This document shows, piece after piece, positions 1 through 13,036 of a DNA stretch of 64,000 nt. The translations under genes and the position numbers were made by a program. The stretch covers positions 61,861,838 through 61,925,837 of the forward strand of contig NC_068988.1 of the NCBI RefSeq assembly GCF_001194135.2, in the 5' to 3' direction. The stretch is from Octopus bimaculoides. Its lineage: Eukaryota. The stretch's first letter is position 1, and each line of letters begins with the position of its first letter. The notes under the pieces were generated by a model. The model worked only from the letters and a program-made list of their open reading frames with translations. It was not told the origin of the DNA and ran no database searches.

Positions 1-339
1 GTGTGTGTGTGTGTGTGAGTGTATGTGTGTGTGTGTATACATGTCTGTATACTCTGAATAAAAACCAGCTTATTATTCAAGCGAATAATTATAGAACCAG
101 ATAAGAACTATTGACGATACGAACACACTAAAACAAAATATCGTGTGTGTTGGATTCCAGCTTCTTTCATCAATAATTCTTTATTTTTACTCTATTAATT
201 ATGCAACGTGTGTTTTATTTCCATCTTTATCAATTCTTTAGATCTCGATGATATTTTTATTTAAAATATTTCAATTTATTTTCCAGCACCATTATCATTT
301 TTATTATCTGTTTCTTCTTATTGAGTATATATGCCATTA

Positions 340-344
340 TAATG

Positions 345-408
<64 letters not shown>

Positions 409-815
409 GTATTATTGTTGTTGTTGTTGTTGTTGTTATTATTATTATTATTATTATTATTGTTATTATTATTGTTATTATTATGATTATTATTGTTGTT
501 GTTGTTGTTGTCGTCGTTGATGGTGGCAGTGATGGTGCTGTTGTTGTTAGTGTTAGTTTTAGCATTAAGACAGATTATATTGTTAATATCATTATTATCG
601 TTGCTGCTGTTGTTCTTATTAGTCTTGTTATTATCACCGACACCATCACTACCACGACCACGACCACGACCAGCACCACGACCACCACCACTGCCACCGT
701 CTTCTTTATCATTTCACTCAAGATTCTACTCTTCCCATTCTTCTTCTTCTTCTTCTTCTTCTTCTTCTTCTTCTTCTTCTTCTTCTTCTTCTTCTTCTTC
801 TTCTTCTTCTTCTTC
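340..815. repeat. compound trinucleotide microsatellite (ATT)n/(GTT)n/(ACC,ACG)n/(TTC)n
   Basis: Seen directly; explains the poly-I/V/T/F/S ORFs at 257-899. Confidence 0.97.
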
Positions 816-3226
816 TGTCTTATAAGGCCTCTGCTTCTTGCAGTTCTTTCTCTTCTTCGTATCTTTCTAGTCTCACATGTTCTTTTACGCTTCTTTTAAT
901 ATTGCTCATATTATTTTTGTTGTCGATTGTGATTAGCCGGCGTCTTAAAAATGAACACGTACCACGTTTTACATGACGGAATATTTGTTTATTATTGTTC
1001 TTTTCCGCTTTCATTTCGTTGAAGAATAGTCATCGAAATGTAGACTCTCCTCTCCGTTAATTTGAGTGGGTAACAACTAGCATTGGTAACAACTACGCAA
1101 TCCATTACAATTTCCACGGAAATTCATAACATATGAAGATGCCTGATTGAATATGTTGTTGGAAAAATAAATGATGCATAAATCAGTTCAGATTCTGAAT
1201 CAGCTTTTCATATATCAAGCATTGTGGTGAGATACATAGCCACGGTCGGTGTTCTCTAAGAATTTTACAGCTAATCCCGGAATATTTGCTTCTCTCTTGA
1301 AAGAAGTGTATCTGAAGAGGAATTACATTCGATAATTTCTAGCAGTGTGAGCCGAAGTTTTATATGTCAGCTGACGACAATGGCAAATAGAACAGAAGAA
1401 CCGTCCTGGTCATATAGCTAATTACTTGACGGAGATTGCTTCCAGGCCACAATACTCCCGTGAGTTCCACGATGTGATACTCATCAAGCGAACTGAAGGC
1501 TTTGGACATTCAGATAGTCAGCATACCATCTCCTTCATCCGATACACCATTCTGACATTTGAATCCCAATGTTCCAGGGCACAAATCATTTTCGTCAATG
1601 TATAGCTGTTTTTTCCTTTATTCACATGTCGTTTGTGTGTCGTTTGTACTGAGGCATTTGTTCAGTGGTTGTTTTTATTGTCCCCTACACCGATAACTTT
1701 GGTATCAAACGTACATTCCAGCGAAAATATTTCCCTTGCCTGTAGAAATTGAAGGTGTTGAGGGCCAACCCACTCGAGTTAGGTCACAGGGATGCCGAAT
1801 CGGATGACAACGTCATTGAGCCGGATTTTCTGGAATTTAAGGATTTCGATATCATACAAAATGAATGTTAGAAGACGACACGAGTACACATCAGCGAGTC
1901 TTTTAACTAACAGTACGACATCTACCGTAATGAGTACAAGCTGATCAAAAATTATGATCTTTTGTTTTATTATCAATGCATTTCAGACGTTAGGAGACTG
2001 CACTGATCCTTATCCGTTTGTTGACACGCAATTAAGTCAGTTTATAGGTAATATAGAAAGAAATACAAAGAAATGCAACAAGTGGGAGCTATAACTGAAA
2101 GCCGAAAGACTGAGATGTGTAATAAGTCTACGTTGTCTACGAAGTAAATTATCTTCTGACACTCACGTCTTGCACCAATTTCTTTCCTGACTTAGTTGAA
2201 TCATTTGTACTTCTATTCATTGTAGAACGATCGGTTTGTAAGATAATTCAGTTTCTGGTAGCCAATATCTTTAGCAATGACAGTCCTGCATGCCGTAGAG
2301 AAAGGCATAAACTAATATATAACACCTAAGAGTATTGAATCATGTTCTTCTGTAGCCCGGTTCAATTCCGTCAAGATATGTTTATATGTTTTTACTGCTA
2401 ATTGTCGATGAAATATATAAATATCACGCACTGAAGTAGACTTGAATACATTACAGATTTCCTTGAAAATGTGTGGTTTTATTCCAATAATTACTGACGG
2501 TGTTACTTTTCTAGCGAATTTCCATATTAATCATGAAAATGGATTAATGTCTTGAGTGTTATTGACAAGTGTGATTTACGCTTAATCACATTCTGTCTCA
2601 ATTGTACGCCACTTCTAGCTCGCTATCTAAACCAATATACAATCTCTTTCTCTTTCATATATTACATTATTTATTTTATTTATTTTCATTGTTGGTTTCC
2701 CTATTTTGGATGTTGGTCAAAAGCGATTGACCAGTTGATACATGGTGGAAGACACGGACGTGGGATGATCACTTTTGCTTCAATTCTGTGACTGTTGGCT
2801 GGGTAGAATGAAGATCCTGATATTGTTAAGTTTGGTCTCAACGTGTCTAACACATTGTTATATATTTAAAGATATATTTCAAGCAAGTGACCTTACAAAT
2901 GGGTGGACGAATTTGCTTTGAAAATGTGCAAGGAAACCGACGACTAACACAGTGTATCACACATACGCACACGTACACACACATTCACACACACACACAC
3001 ACACATACACACACACACAAACATGCACACACGCACACACCTTCGCACACACCTTCGCACACACCTTCGCACACACACATACACCTGTCCATATATATAT
3101 ACATATTCATCAACGAGAATAATACCAACAGTAACTTAGAAGTTTCGGCCTACCTAGTTTGATGGGACTCTAGACACACACGTACGCACACGCACACGCA
3201 AGCACGCACGTACACACACGCACACC

Positions 3227-3267
<41 letters not shown>

Positions 3268-3279
3268 ACACAAACACAT

Positions 3280-3720
3280 AATCAGGAAGGTTGTGATGCC
3301 TTCGTAGGCTTGACAGGCGTCTCTGGTCACGTCATATTATATCTATCCGAACTAAGGTTAAGGCTTATATCATCTGTTCTGCCATCATTACTCTATCGAT
3401 TTGAGATATTTATCGTTATTTATCGTAAGAATTTGAACTGTTTAAAAGAATTCCATCAAAATTTTCGTCGGATAATTGTGGCGATAAACTAGAAAATGGC
3501 GATGTAGAGGCACTTGAAAGAGATGCTGTAGTAGGAGTGGAGAGTCGATCATTCTGCAAACTCGTCCGAAGAGAGGTGGACATATGTTGAGAATGAATGA
3601 TAAAAAACTTCCTATGTAAATTCTATATGGTGAGCTCAAAGATCGTAAAAAGCCAGAACAAAAATACAAAATTAGGTTTAGAGACTACCTTAAAACTGCT
3701 TTGACACAAACAGAAATTTT
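3280..3720 (+). mobile_element. decayed RTE-clade LINE, post-RT C-terminal region
   Basis: Frameshifted translation SVLPSLLYRFEIF..LKEFHQNFRRIIVAIN, then GGHMLRMNDKKLPM*ILYGELK, matches the RTE pattern VLP.LLYG.E.W..L..FHQ.CLR.I / GHV.RM...RLPK..LYGEL. Probably extends upstream to ~2890 through CA repeats. Confidence 0.8.
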
Positions 3721-3727
3721 AGGTGTT

Positions 3728-3790
<63 letters not shown>

Positions 3791-4009
3791 ACAAGACCAA
3801 AATAGATGGAGGAAAAGAGAGGAGTACAGTGGTTGCTCGAGGTCTGAAACGGAGAGAATGAAGCACGAGCAAATCAGGTGAATGTTTAGAAAAAATGAAC
3901 CAGTAGAAAATGAAGGATTACTGTTTCCATGTGTGTGATTTATAGGAGGCAATGCTCAAGCCGTGGAGGCCTGTCCAGTCATCAAAGAAGCCAGGGGAAT
4001 CAATTTCTT

Positions 4010-4170
4010 GTAAATTATGATAGAATTATTGGTAAGAACGGAAAGCGTGGCATTCAGTTGCAACATTCAAAAGACTTCATGCTGTGGCACTAGCTCCTTC
4101 TACCAGTCAGCACGAATGTACATTATGCAATAAAATATGTAAATCTATGGTGGTTCAAAAGAATTGTATC
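4010..4170 (+). mobile_element. probable RTE C-terminal Cys-motif remnant (continuation of 3280-3720)
   Basis: HECTLCNKICKS resembles the terminal CxxCxxxCxS motif of RTE ORFs; same strand, expected order. Confidence 0.45.
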
Positions 4171-4924
4171 AATTGCATTATCAGTAATTCNNNNNNNNNN
4201 NNNNNNNNNNNNNNNNNNNNNNNNNNNNNNNNNNNNNNNNNNNNNNNNNNNNNNNNNNNNNNNNNNNNNNNNNNNNNNNNNNNNNNNNNNNNNNNNNNNN
4301 NNNNNNNNNNNNNNNNNNNNNNNNNNNNNNNNNNNNNNNNNNNNNNNGGTCCCAGCTTGCTTCTCCGCGTTCGCCTCCTCACCTGGTTTAGGCTTAGCAT
4401 CCCTTCCTGTTTGTTTTCCCTGTCCTGTTTTTGTTATCAATTTTGACCCTCTGCAAAATCCCAAATTTCATTTAATTTGCAATGTGGGAGCAATTCTGTT
4501 TTCAAAGGTGTATCTTGTGAAATTTCTCAAAATTCAGATTAGAAAAACAGCCGACAACTGATGAAGGGTCGTTCGTTATGTTGCTTGTCTTGTTTTCGAT
4601 TTCTTTCGTTTCTTTCGTTGTTCTTGTTTTCCATTTCTTTCCGTTTCTTTCGATGTTCGCAAAAAAGATCATATTCCATGTATTCGTATTTCTCATTTCA
4701 TATTTCCATAGTTTATGTTGTTTACGTTCTGTGAGGTCCTATCCCCACATATGAATATGTATATACGTATATATATGTATGAATGGACATATACGTATGT
4801 ATATATGCATGTATATTATTTATATTATATATACATGTATATATATGCACTTATACACATACAGACACCCATATATACATACTAACGAGTACACACAGAG
4901 GCATACGTAAGCAAGTTTAGTTAC

Positions 4925-5060
4925 ACAGCCTTTCCCGTGGTCTATCTAATCCAAGTGTAAGGTAGAATGCACTTCTCCAATTTCTTGCACAAAGGCAGCA
5001 ACAGAATCCGGGAACGTTTTTTTTCCCTGCCAAGACCCTCTGTCATACAGCTATACTCGT
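4925..5060 (-). mobile_element. degenerate CORE-type tRNA-derived SINE head
   Basis: Reverse complement is a weak match to the head/core of the copies at 7636 and 12290. Confidence 0.35.
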
Positions 5061-5375
5061 TGCTAAAATATGCTTTTTACTGTTTTTGCGCATATCATTC
5101 TAAACTTTCTAGCTTCCTCTGTGGTTAGTTACACAACAATGTCTACAAATCACAGCTGCCACTTAATATTTGTACATTCTTTCAAGTAATAATACTGGTA
5201 ACGAATGTTGTTTTATTTTTTTTTACTGGAAATACCACCAAATTTGTTTTGCTTGACATACGTTCCTATGCTGTTTCAGTATGATTGGTGTAAAATCTCA
5301 GTTTACAGTACGCTTCGTTTGTTAATATATTTTACATGCCTTTCAAACTTTTCTGAATTTGCACACATCTTCCAG

Positions 5376-5408
5376 TCGGCAGATTTCTCGTAGAACAGCC
5401 AAGCATTG
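5376..5408 (+). CDS. candidate 33-nt symmetric phase-1 micro-exon (xGRFLVEQPSIx)
   Basis: cacatcttccag acceptor, G|GTGAGA donor, length a multiple of 3, open frame. No homolog recognised. Confidence 0.3.
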
Positions 5409-5744
5409 GTGAGATATATTTTATGTTTTTATTTTGTATTTATTTTCTTTCTTAGTGGGAATGTATTTAACCTAGCATCTTTCAAGAATGCCAGTAGCTC
5501 AGAGCTTTATTCCATCTTGATGCTTTAGCAATGTATACACATTTCTTTTCACTAGCATTTAACATTAATTTTATGTTTTGTGTCCATTCATGAAGACAAC
5601 CCATTCCCCCAACCGTTACTAAATTCATTCCCTGTAATATAAATGGAATAAATGTATTGGTCATTAACCTTCTGGTCCAATTATTGTATTTTTTTTCTTC
5701 AGTAAATGACCGCGTGTGTATCGGCGATTTTCTTTCTCCGTATT

Positions 5745-5780
5745 CCCTTCTGATGAAGAGCTCCGCTCGAAAAGTAAATT
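5745..5780 (+). ncRNA. minimal (PLE-type) hammerhead ribozyme motif, partly degenerate
   Basis: CTGATGA(5750-5756)-A-GAGC tcc GCTC-GAAA-A-GTA: intact core, 4-bp stem II and a GUA triplet; stems I and III are weak. Confidence 0.6.
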
Positions 5781-7635
5781 CTTCTTTCTTTTCTTTCCTT
5801 TCCTNNNNNNNNNNNNNNNNNNNNNNNNNNNNNNNNNNNNNNNNNNNNNNNNNNNNNNNNNNNNNNNNNNNNNNNNNNNNNNNNNNNNNNNNNNNNNNNN
5901 NNNNNNNNNNNNNNNNNNNNNNNNNNNNNNNNNNNNNNNNNNNNNNNNNNNNNNNNNNNNNNNNNNNNNNNNNNNNNNNNNNNNNNNNNNNNNNNNNNNN
6001 NNNNNNNNNNNNNNNNNNNNNNNNNNNNNNNNNNNNNNNNNNNNNNNNNNNNNNNNNNNNNNNNNNNNNNNNNNNNNNNNNNNNNNNNNNNNNNNNNNNN
6101 NNNNNNNNNNNNNNNNNNNNNNNNNNNNNNNNNNNNNNNNNNNNNNNNNNNNNNNNNNNNNNNNNNNNNNNNNNNNNNNNNNNNNNNNNNNNNNNNNNNN
6201 NNNNNNNNNNNNNNNNNNNNNNNNNNNNNNNNNNNNNNNNNNNNNNNNNNNNNNNNNNNNNNNNNNNNNNNNNNNNNNNNNNNNNNNNNNNNNNNNNNNN
6301 NNNNNNNNNNNNNNNNNNNNNNNNNNNNNNNNNNNNNNNNNNNNNNNNNNNNNNNNNNNNNNNNNNNNNNNNNNNNNNNNNNNNNNNNNNNNNNNNNNNN
6401 NNNNNNNNNNNNNNNNNNNNNNNNNNNNNNNNNNNNNNNNNNNNNNNNNNNNNNNNNNNNNNNNNNNNNNNNNNNNNNNNNNNNNNNNNNNNNNNNNNNN
6501 NNNNNNNNNNNNNNNNNNNNNNNNNNNNNNNNNNNNNNNNNNNNNNNNNNNNNNNNNNNNNNNNNNNNNNNNNNNNNNNNNNNNNNNNNNNNNNNNNNNN
6601 NNNNNNNNNNNNNNNNNNNNNNNNNNNNNNNNNNNNNNNNNNNNNNNNNNNNNNNNNNNNNNNNNNNNNNNNNNNNNNNNNNNNNNNNNNNNNNNNNNNN
6701 NNNNNNNNNNNNNNNNNNNNNNNNNNNTATATATATATACATATATATATGTGGTAACTATAGACTTCCACCACTGAGTTTATCCTGAAATACTTAAAAG
6801 ACGTGTTTTGAACTTATAACCATATCTTCTCTCTCAATTTCATTTTATCATGAACGTTTAGTTGCATCCCGTCAACTCAGCCCACCTTGCAACTTATATT
6901 TCACTTGCTTGGAACTATTATTATTCAGTGAAGCAGCTTCACATTTCTCTCTCCGTAAACTCTATTAAAATCGCAAGCCTGATGCTTCTCCTCTTTGCTA
7001 TTGTGCTACGCTGCGTACTAGTATATATTTGTATATATCTAAAATATTTCTGGTTAGTTTCCACTTGACTATTCTATTTAATCTACTGTTTCTCACCAAA
7101 CGTGTATTTTCACGAAATGTTTCTATACATGAAGCAAGAGAACTTGTGTCAGTATGATTAGTTGAGACGTACGGTTATTGTAAAGTGCATTTATAACACA
7201 GCACCTGCAAACAGAATAAATGATGTTAAGATTTGTATTATATGTTATAAGTAGATATATTTCCCCAACGATTACGTATAAACGAATAATTGCGTTTGTG
7301 ATTGAAAAATAAGAATAGACTGCATTCTGGGAATCAGTACTCATCGCGCTTTAATTTTACACTTCACCGTTACCATTCTCCCCTATTTATAAAAGAAAAT
7401 GCATAAGCCGCATTCCTATATACACAGAAACACATAAACGCATACATACATCAATCCATCCATCCATCCATCCATAGATAGATAGATACATAGATACATA
7501 CATACATACATACATACATACATACATACAAACATACGTATATGTATATCTGTGTATATTTGTATGTATATGTGTAGATGTTCGTCTTAACGCATGCATG
7601 TATATGCATTTGTATGTATACATCATTGTGTGTAT

Positions 7636-8088
7636 CGCGGGTATGGCTATGTGGCAAGAAGATTGCTAACCAGCCACACGGTTCCGGATTCAGTCACCAC
7701 CACACGGTTTCAGTTTCACCTTCGCCAAGTGTCTTCTATTAGAGTTTCGGGCTTTGTGAGTGGATTTGGTTGAAGGAAAATGAAACAAGCCCGTCGTATA
7801 AATACGCATACACAGACACACACACACACACACAGAAACACACACACACACACACACATATATATGTACATGCATGTATATCTTTATGTGTGCGTGTCTG
7901 TCTTTGTTTCCGTATTCCCGCCGTTGCTTGAAAACCGATGTGATATGTCTGCAGCCACGCAACTTAGTAGTTCGGCAAAAGAGGTCGACCCGATAGAGTA
8001 AATATTGGACCAGCAAATCCTGGTATGGATTTGTTCGACTAAACCCTTTTAAGACGGTGCAGCATGGCTTCAGTCAGAAAACTGAAGC
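7636..8088 (+). mobile_element. CORE-type tRNA-derived SINE (OR2-like) with internal (CA)n/(TA)n
   Basis: tRNA-like head, core caccttcgccaagtgtcttcta, internal microsatellite, tail gcagcatggcttcagtc; homologous to 12290 and 52513. Confidence 0.8.
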
Positions 8089-8569
8089 NNNNNNNNNNNN
8101 NNNNNNNNNNNNNNNNNNNNNNNNNNNNNNNNNNNNNNNNNNNNNNNNNNNNNNNNNNNNNNNNNNNNNNNNNNNNNNNNNNNNNNNNNNNNNNNNNNNN
8201 NNNNNNNNNNNNNNNNNNNNNNNNNNNNNNNNNNNNNNNNATATATATATATATAATCACAGTGCGCGTGCATTTTGCATTTATACCAAACACATTCTCT
8301 TTATGAGTAATACTTCCTTTTCATATCTATATTACACTGTAACTATATGGCTTTTGAATAATATTCTTTGATTCTTTTATGCGTTTCAGTCCTAAGGCTG
8401 TAGTCATACTAGACTCATTTACGAACACACACATACACATAAATTCACATGCACAAATACACACACATACGCACACGCACGCACGTACGTACACGCATAT
8501 ATATACGCCACATACAGAATTATGCATTAAACACTTTGACAAAGTACACTTCAGGCTCTAGCGACAATT

Positions 8570-8800
8570 TGACTCCATGATTTTAACTCCTACGCTATCT
8601 TCAACGATTTTCTCTCTTCTGAACGTCCTTGGATCTTACCTCGTGGATCATACTGTGTCATTTTACACTGGTGACATCTTTCCTTTTAGAAATTCAATCA
8701 GATGACATATTCTTCTAGGCTGCATGTTTCTTTGCTGTTGCGTTGCTGAATTGCATTTGGTCGGCCTCAATGTACTGAAATGGCCTGCGATGATTGTGGC
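8570..8800 (-). mobile_element. possible decayed RTE C-terminal fragment
   Basis: DPRGKIQGRS resembles RTE GKIEG.R; many stops. Confidence 0.3.
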
Positions 8801-9469
8801 TTTAGTTTCGATGAAGCTGATTTAAATTACGAAGAAATTCAAGTTGTGAAAGTCATCCAAAAACAAGTGAAGAACATAGACTACTACTTTGTTTATGTGG
8901 AAGTTTCACTTGCGTTGTATATCGCCGGCAAAATAATCCAACTCTGCTGAGTATATATATCTCGGTTAGTTGCAAACAATCGTTCAGCTAACCACGTACA
9001 ATTTTCGTAAGATATAATTATGGTAGCAATCTAAGGATTTTAATCTAATCGAAAAATCGAAAAATAACACTTATTAGTCATAGGCTGACCACATAATCAA
9101 CCAATCGGTCACTGAAAAATGATATTGGGTTTTCAGATAAATTCCTTTGGTCTTTTACTCTGTTTCTCCGAAAAGATTTCAAAATCTCTAAACTTCATTT
9201 CATACTCATGCATCGTTGAGCTCTCTATATTCATCTACTATTAATCTATGTTGACAGACATGTGGATACTTCGAAACGCTTCCAAAATGAAACGTATTTT
9301 CATTATATTAAGATGATGGGTAAGCAGTCAACTCGAGAGTTCCGATGCTCGGAGCGAAATAAAGGAGGAGAAAACATATTAAAAAAGCTTTTCAGCTTGT
9401 AAAACGTAGTTACTGCGACATTTTCTCGAATTAGTATCAACAGCATTTAAAAATACTATTGGTTTTTAA

Positions 9470-10420
9470 TTTTAGCACAAGATAGCAAATTTTGGAGAGT
9501 AGTACGATTGCATTGCTTAGGAGAGGGGTACAACTGCATCGATTCTGGTGCTCAAATGGCACTTATTTTATTGATTCCGAAATTCTTTTCTACTCTAGGC
9601 GCAATTTTGGGGGAGGGGGCTAGTCAATTTCATCGATCCCAGTACGCAACTGGTAATTAATTCATCGACCCCGAAAGGATGAAAGGCAAAGTCGACCTCG
9701 GCGGAATCTGAATTCAGAACGTAAAGACAAATGAAATGCCGTTAAGCATTTCGCCCGACGTGCTAAGGTTTCTTATTTTTTTTACTGGCCACAAGGGGCT
9801 AAATATAGAGGGGACAAACAACGACAGACAAAGAGATTAAGTCGATTACATCGACCCCAGTGCGTAACTGGTATTTAATTTATTGACTCCGAAAGGATGA
9901 AAGGCAAAGTCGACCTCGGCGGAATTCGAACTCAAAACGTAAAGACAGACGAAATGCCATTAAGCATTTTGCCCGACGTGCTAGCGTTTCTGCCTGCTTT
10001 TCTACACTAGGCACAAGGCCCGAAATTTTGGGGAGGGAGCCAGTCGATTATATCGACCCCAGTAGGTATTTAATGTATCGACTCCGGAAGAATGAAAGGC
10101 AAAGTCAACCTCGGCGGAATTTGAACTTAAAAAGTTAAGACATACGAAATACCACCATGAATTTCGCCGAGCGCGTAAAAGAATCTGCAAGCTCTCTGAT
10201 TGGCTTTAAGAACACTATCCGTTTCAAATTATGGCACAAGGCCAGAAAGTTCAGAGGAGGCGGAGGGGTCGATCAAATGGTAATTATTTTATCGAAACCA
10301 AAATGAAGAAAAGCAACGTCGATTTCGACGGAAAATGAACTGAGGATGTAAAGACGGGCCAAATGCTTTAAAAAATTTTGGGCGGCACGGGATCGATTCT
10401 ACCAGCTGACTGGCATTTAA
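9470..10420 (-). mobile_element. head-to-tail stack of five Nin/Deu-domain-like tRNA-derived SINEs
   Basis: Copies at ~9470-9580, 9583-9771, 9772-9993, 9994-10197 and 10230-10420. The central copies contain cgaaaggatgaaaggcaaagtcgacctcggcggaatttgaac (B-box plus conserved domain); the outer two are more degenerate. Confidence 0.9.
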
Positions 10421-10619
10421 GAATAATATTAAGGAGAAAGGCGGTATGAAGAACAATAAACGTAAGAGACAGATCAAGAATATGTAGAGTCAGGGAAAAG
10501 CTAGTAATAATAAAATGACAACTTCCATAAATATTATGGAAGTTAACAACCAAAAAAAGAAGTGGAACATGGCGGAAGAGTGAAACTAAAGCTGCAGTAT
10601 TGAAATAAGTAAAATTTAG

Positions 10620-10840
10620 AAAGAAGAAGTAGAAGAAGAAGAAGAAGAAGAAGAAGAAGAAGAAGAAGAAGAAGAAGAAGAAGAAGAAGAACAACAACAA
10701 CAACAACAACCACAACAACAACAACAAGAAAGGAGAAAATGAATTAGAAGACAAAAGAGAGAAAAATATAAAGAAGACAGATTTAACAGAAGACAGATTT
10801 AACAGAAGAAGAAGAAGAAGAAGAAGAAGAAGAAGAAGAA
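10620..10840. repeat. (GAA)n/(CAA)n microsatellites with a 16-bp local duplication
   Basis: Seen directly. Confidence 0.95.
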
Positions 10841-11726
10841 AGCGTCAGTAAATTTTCTGTTAATCTACAAGATTTCATTACATTCAAACACCAATAACCT
10901 ACGAAGTCATTTACACATTTATTTAGTGAATTATATGATGGAAGAAAATTCGTATTTCGTATTGTGTTCTTTTATTGTTTTCGTCTCACTTCGTTTTAAT
11001 TCTTAAAATTAAATTTTATTGTTTTTCGTTAGACAAAAGGAAACCGCCTCAGAACGATTTTACGATGATATTTTATTTTATGTGTATGAAAATGAAAACA
11101 AAATTTTATAATAGCTTCCTCTTTGTAAGGGTTTGGCAGAAGAGATCAAATATTTTAACGATTTTTGAACTGGTCAAGCTTGCATATTTATATATTAATA
11201 AATAGATACTGTTATTGTAACAAAAACAAAAGATGAGGTTTTATTGATCTTTGCGAAAGTATAGATAGACTCAAAAGAAAGCACTGCTGTAATTAAATTA
11301 AAACTTCTGAAAACAAAAACGTTGCAAAACTTAAAACAAAAATAAGTTAATAATTCTGATTAAACAAATTAAATTCGCAAATTGTGAAATTATATCTGGC
11401 TCCACACAACGATAATCTTCACAACTTCGCCGGTTTCAATTAGTATTTGGCTTATATCTAAGAGAATTTAATTCCATCTGTCAAAATACAATTCTATTTA
11501 CAACTACAATCTATTTTATTAAGATAAATTAACTCACTACTAACGGTTGCTTTGCTTACAAGTAGGAAATTCTCTTTCATTTTAATGTGTTTGTGGATTA
11601 CAAAACATAGCTAGCACTGACTGGAATGTTACAGTAACTCGTAAACTTTCTCACAATCAGATCAAGAGAACAAACGAGTTTACATATATTGGTATTCTTT
11701 GGCATGTTATATAATTCATAAATATG

Positions 11727-11783
<57 letters not shown>

Positions 11784-12070
11784 ATATATAAATATATATA
11801 CGTATATTTATATGCTTATAATTGTATTTAGATTACATATCGTGTATACACAAACATACACATGCACACACATATTCTAAAAATATTAAAGAAACATTTA
11901 TAATCATTAACAGGCTATTGTGCAGTCATGTGCCTCAGAGGTTAGATTGTTTGGTGCACGATCATAAGATCGTAGGATCGATTATTCGATCTGATTCTGT
12001 GCTGTATCCCTGATCAATGTATTTCAATTTCCATTTTTCCAGTCAGCTGTTGCAATATATACGTACATCG

Positions 12071-12275
12071 TTAAGGCGGCAAACTGGCACAATCATTAAC
12101 GGAAATTTGCTCCGTCTTTAATTTGTGAGTTCAAATCCTGCCGGGACGAATGTGCACTTAATCATTTCTGGGTCGATAAAATAAGTTTTATTAGAACAGT
12201 AGGGTCGATGTAATCGACGTTTTCGCCTCCTCCAAATTGCTTACTTTGTGCCCAAATTTTAAATCCATATATACG
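12071..12275 (+). mobile_element. Nin/Deu-like SINE
   Basis: ggcggcaaactggca A-box region, gagttcaaatcc B-box, gggtcgatgtaatcgac stem-loop. Confidence 0.8.
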
Positions 12276-12289
12276 TATATACACACATA

Positions 12290-12695
12290 TATGGTTGTGT
12301 GGTAAGAAGCTTGCTTCCGAACCACATGGCTCAGGGTTCAGTCCCACTTCGTGGCACGTTGGGCAAGTATCTTGTATTATAACCGCGGGCCGACCAAAGC
12401 CTTGTGAGTAGATTTGTGTGTATGTGTTTGTCCCACCTCCCCCACCATCGCGTAACGTGCGAGGTTTGTATATTTACGTCCCTCCGGCAAAAGAGACCAA
12501 TAGAATAATAATATCGATATCTCTAAGTTGTGAGTTCAAATCCTGCCGGTACGAATTTGCATTTAATCGTTTCTGGGTCGATTAAATAAGTTTTATTCGA
12601 ACACTAGTGTCGAATATGTCTTGGGGTCGATTTGTTCGACTGAAGGTGGTGCTCCAGCATGGCTACAGTCAAATTACTGAAAGAAATAAAGTAAA
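12290..12695 (+). mobile_element. CORE-type SINE containing an ~85-bp piece of the neighbouring SINE
   Basis: gggttcagtccc B-box, ggcacgttgggcaagtatctt core, gctccagcatggctacagtc tail; insert at 12528-12610. Confidence 0.85.
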
Positions 12696-13036
12696 TGAGT
12701 AGAAAAAAAGAGAAATACTTTGCACTGTACTTAGGGGCTTCTGTTGGCTTCGTGGATGCACTGCTCGGCTATCGGGTGTGCCTTGGTCATTTTGAACAGG
12801 TTGACATCGAACTTTATGGCGCTAACAGAAGTCATATCTTTCAATGAGCGTGAGAAAACTTGAGCGAGAGAGAGAGAGAAAGAGAGAAAGAGAGATAGAG
12901 AGAGAGAGAGAAAGAGAGAAAGAGAGATAGAGAGAGACAGACAGACAGACAGAGAGACAGAGAGTGAGAGAGATACAGTGAGAGGCGTGGGTGGATCAAC
13001 GCAAGTACTAGATAGATTTATTCTTCACCTACTTAC

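Noticed and set aside
257-899. Poly-I/T/F/S ORFs and the many HT/CV/YI-repeat ORFs
   Set aside because: Translations of microsatellites.
1040-2520. Possible decayed LINE RT on the minus strand
   Set aside because: The motif matches are weak and mutually inconsistent in order, so they cannot be supported without an HMM search.
4348-4740. Minus-strand exon-like segment (GSKLITKTGQGK..) and CTGATGA at ~4557
   Set aside because: It adjoins a gap, looks like a repeat terminus, and has no closing stem II-GAAA.
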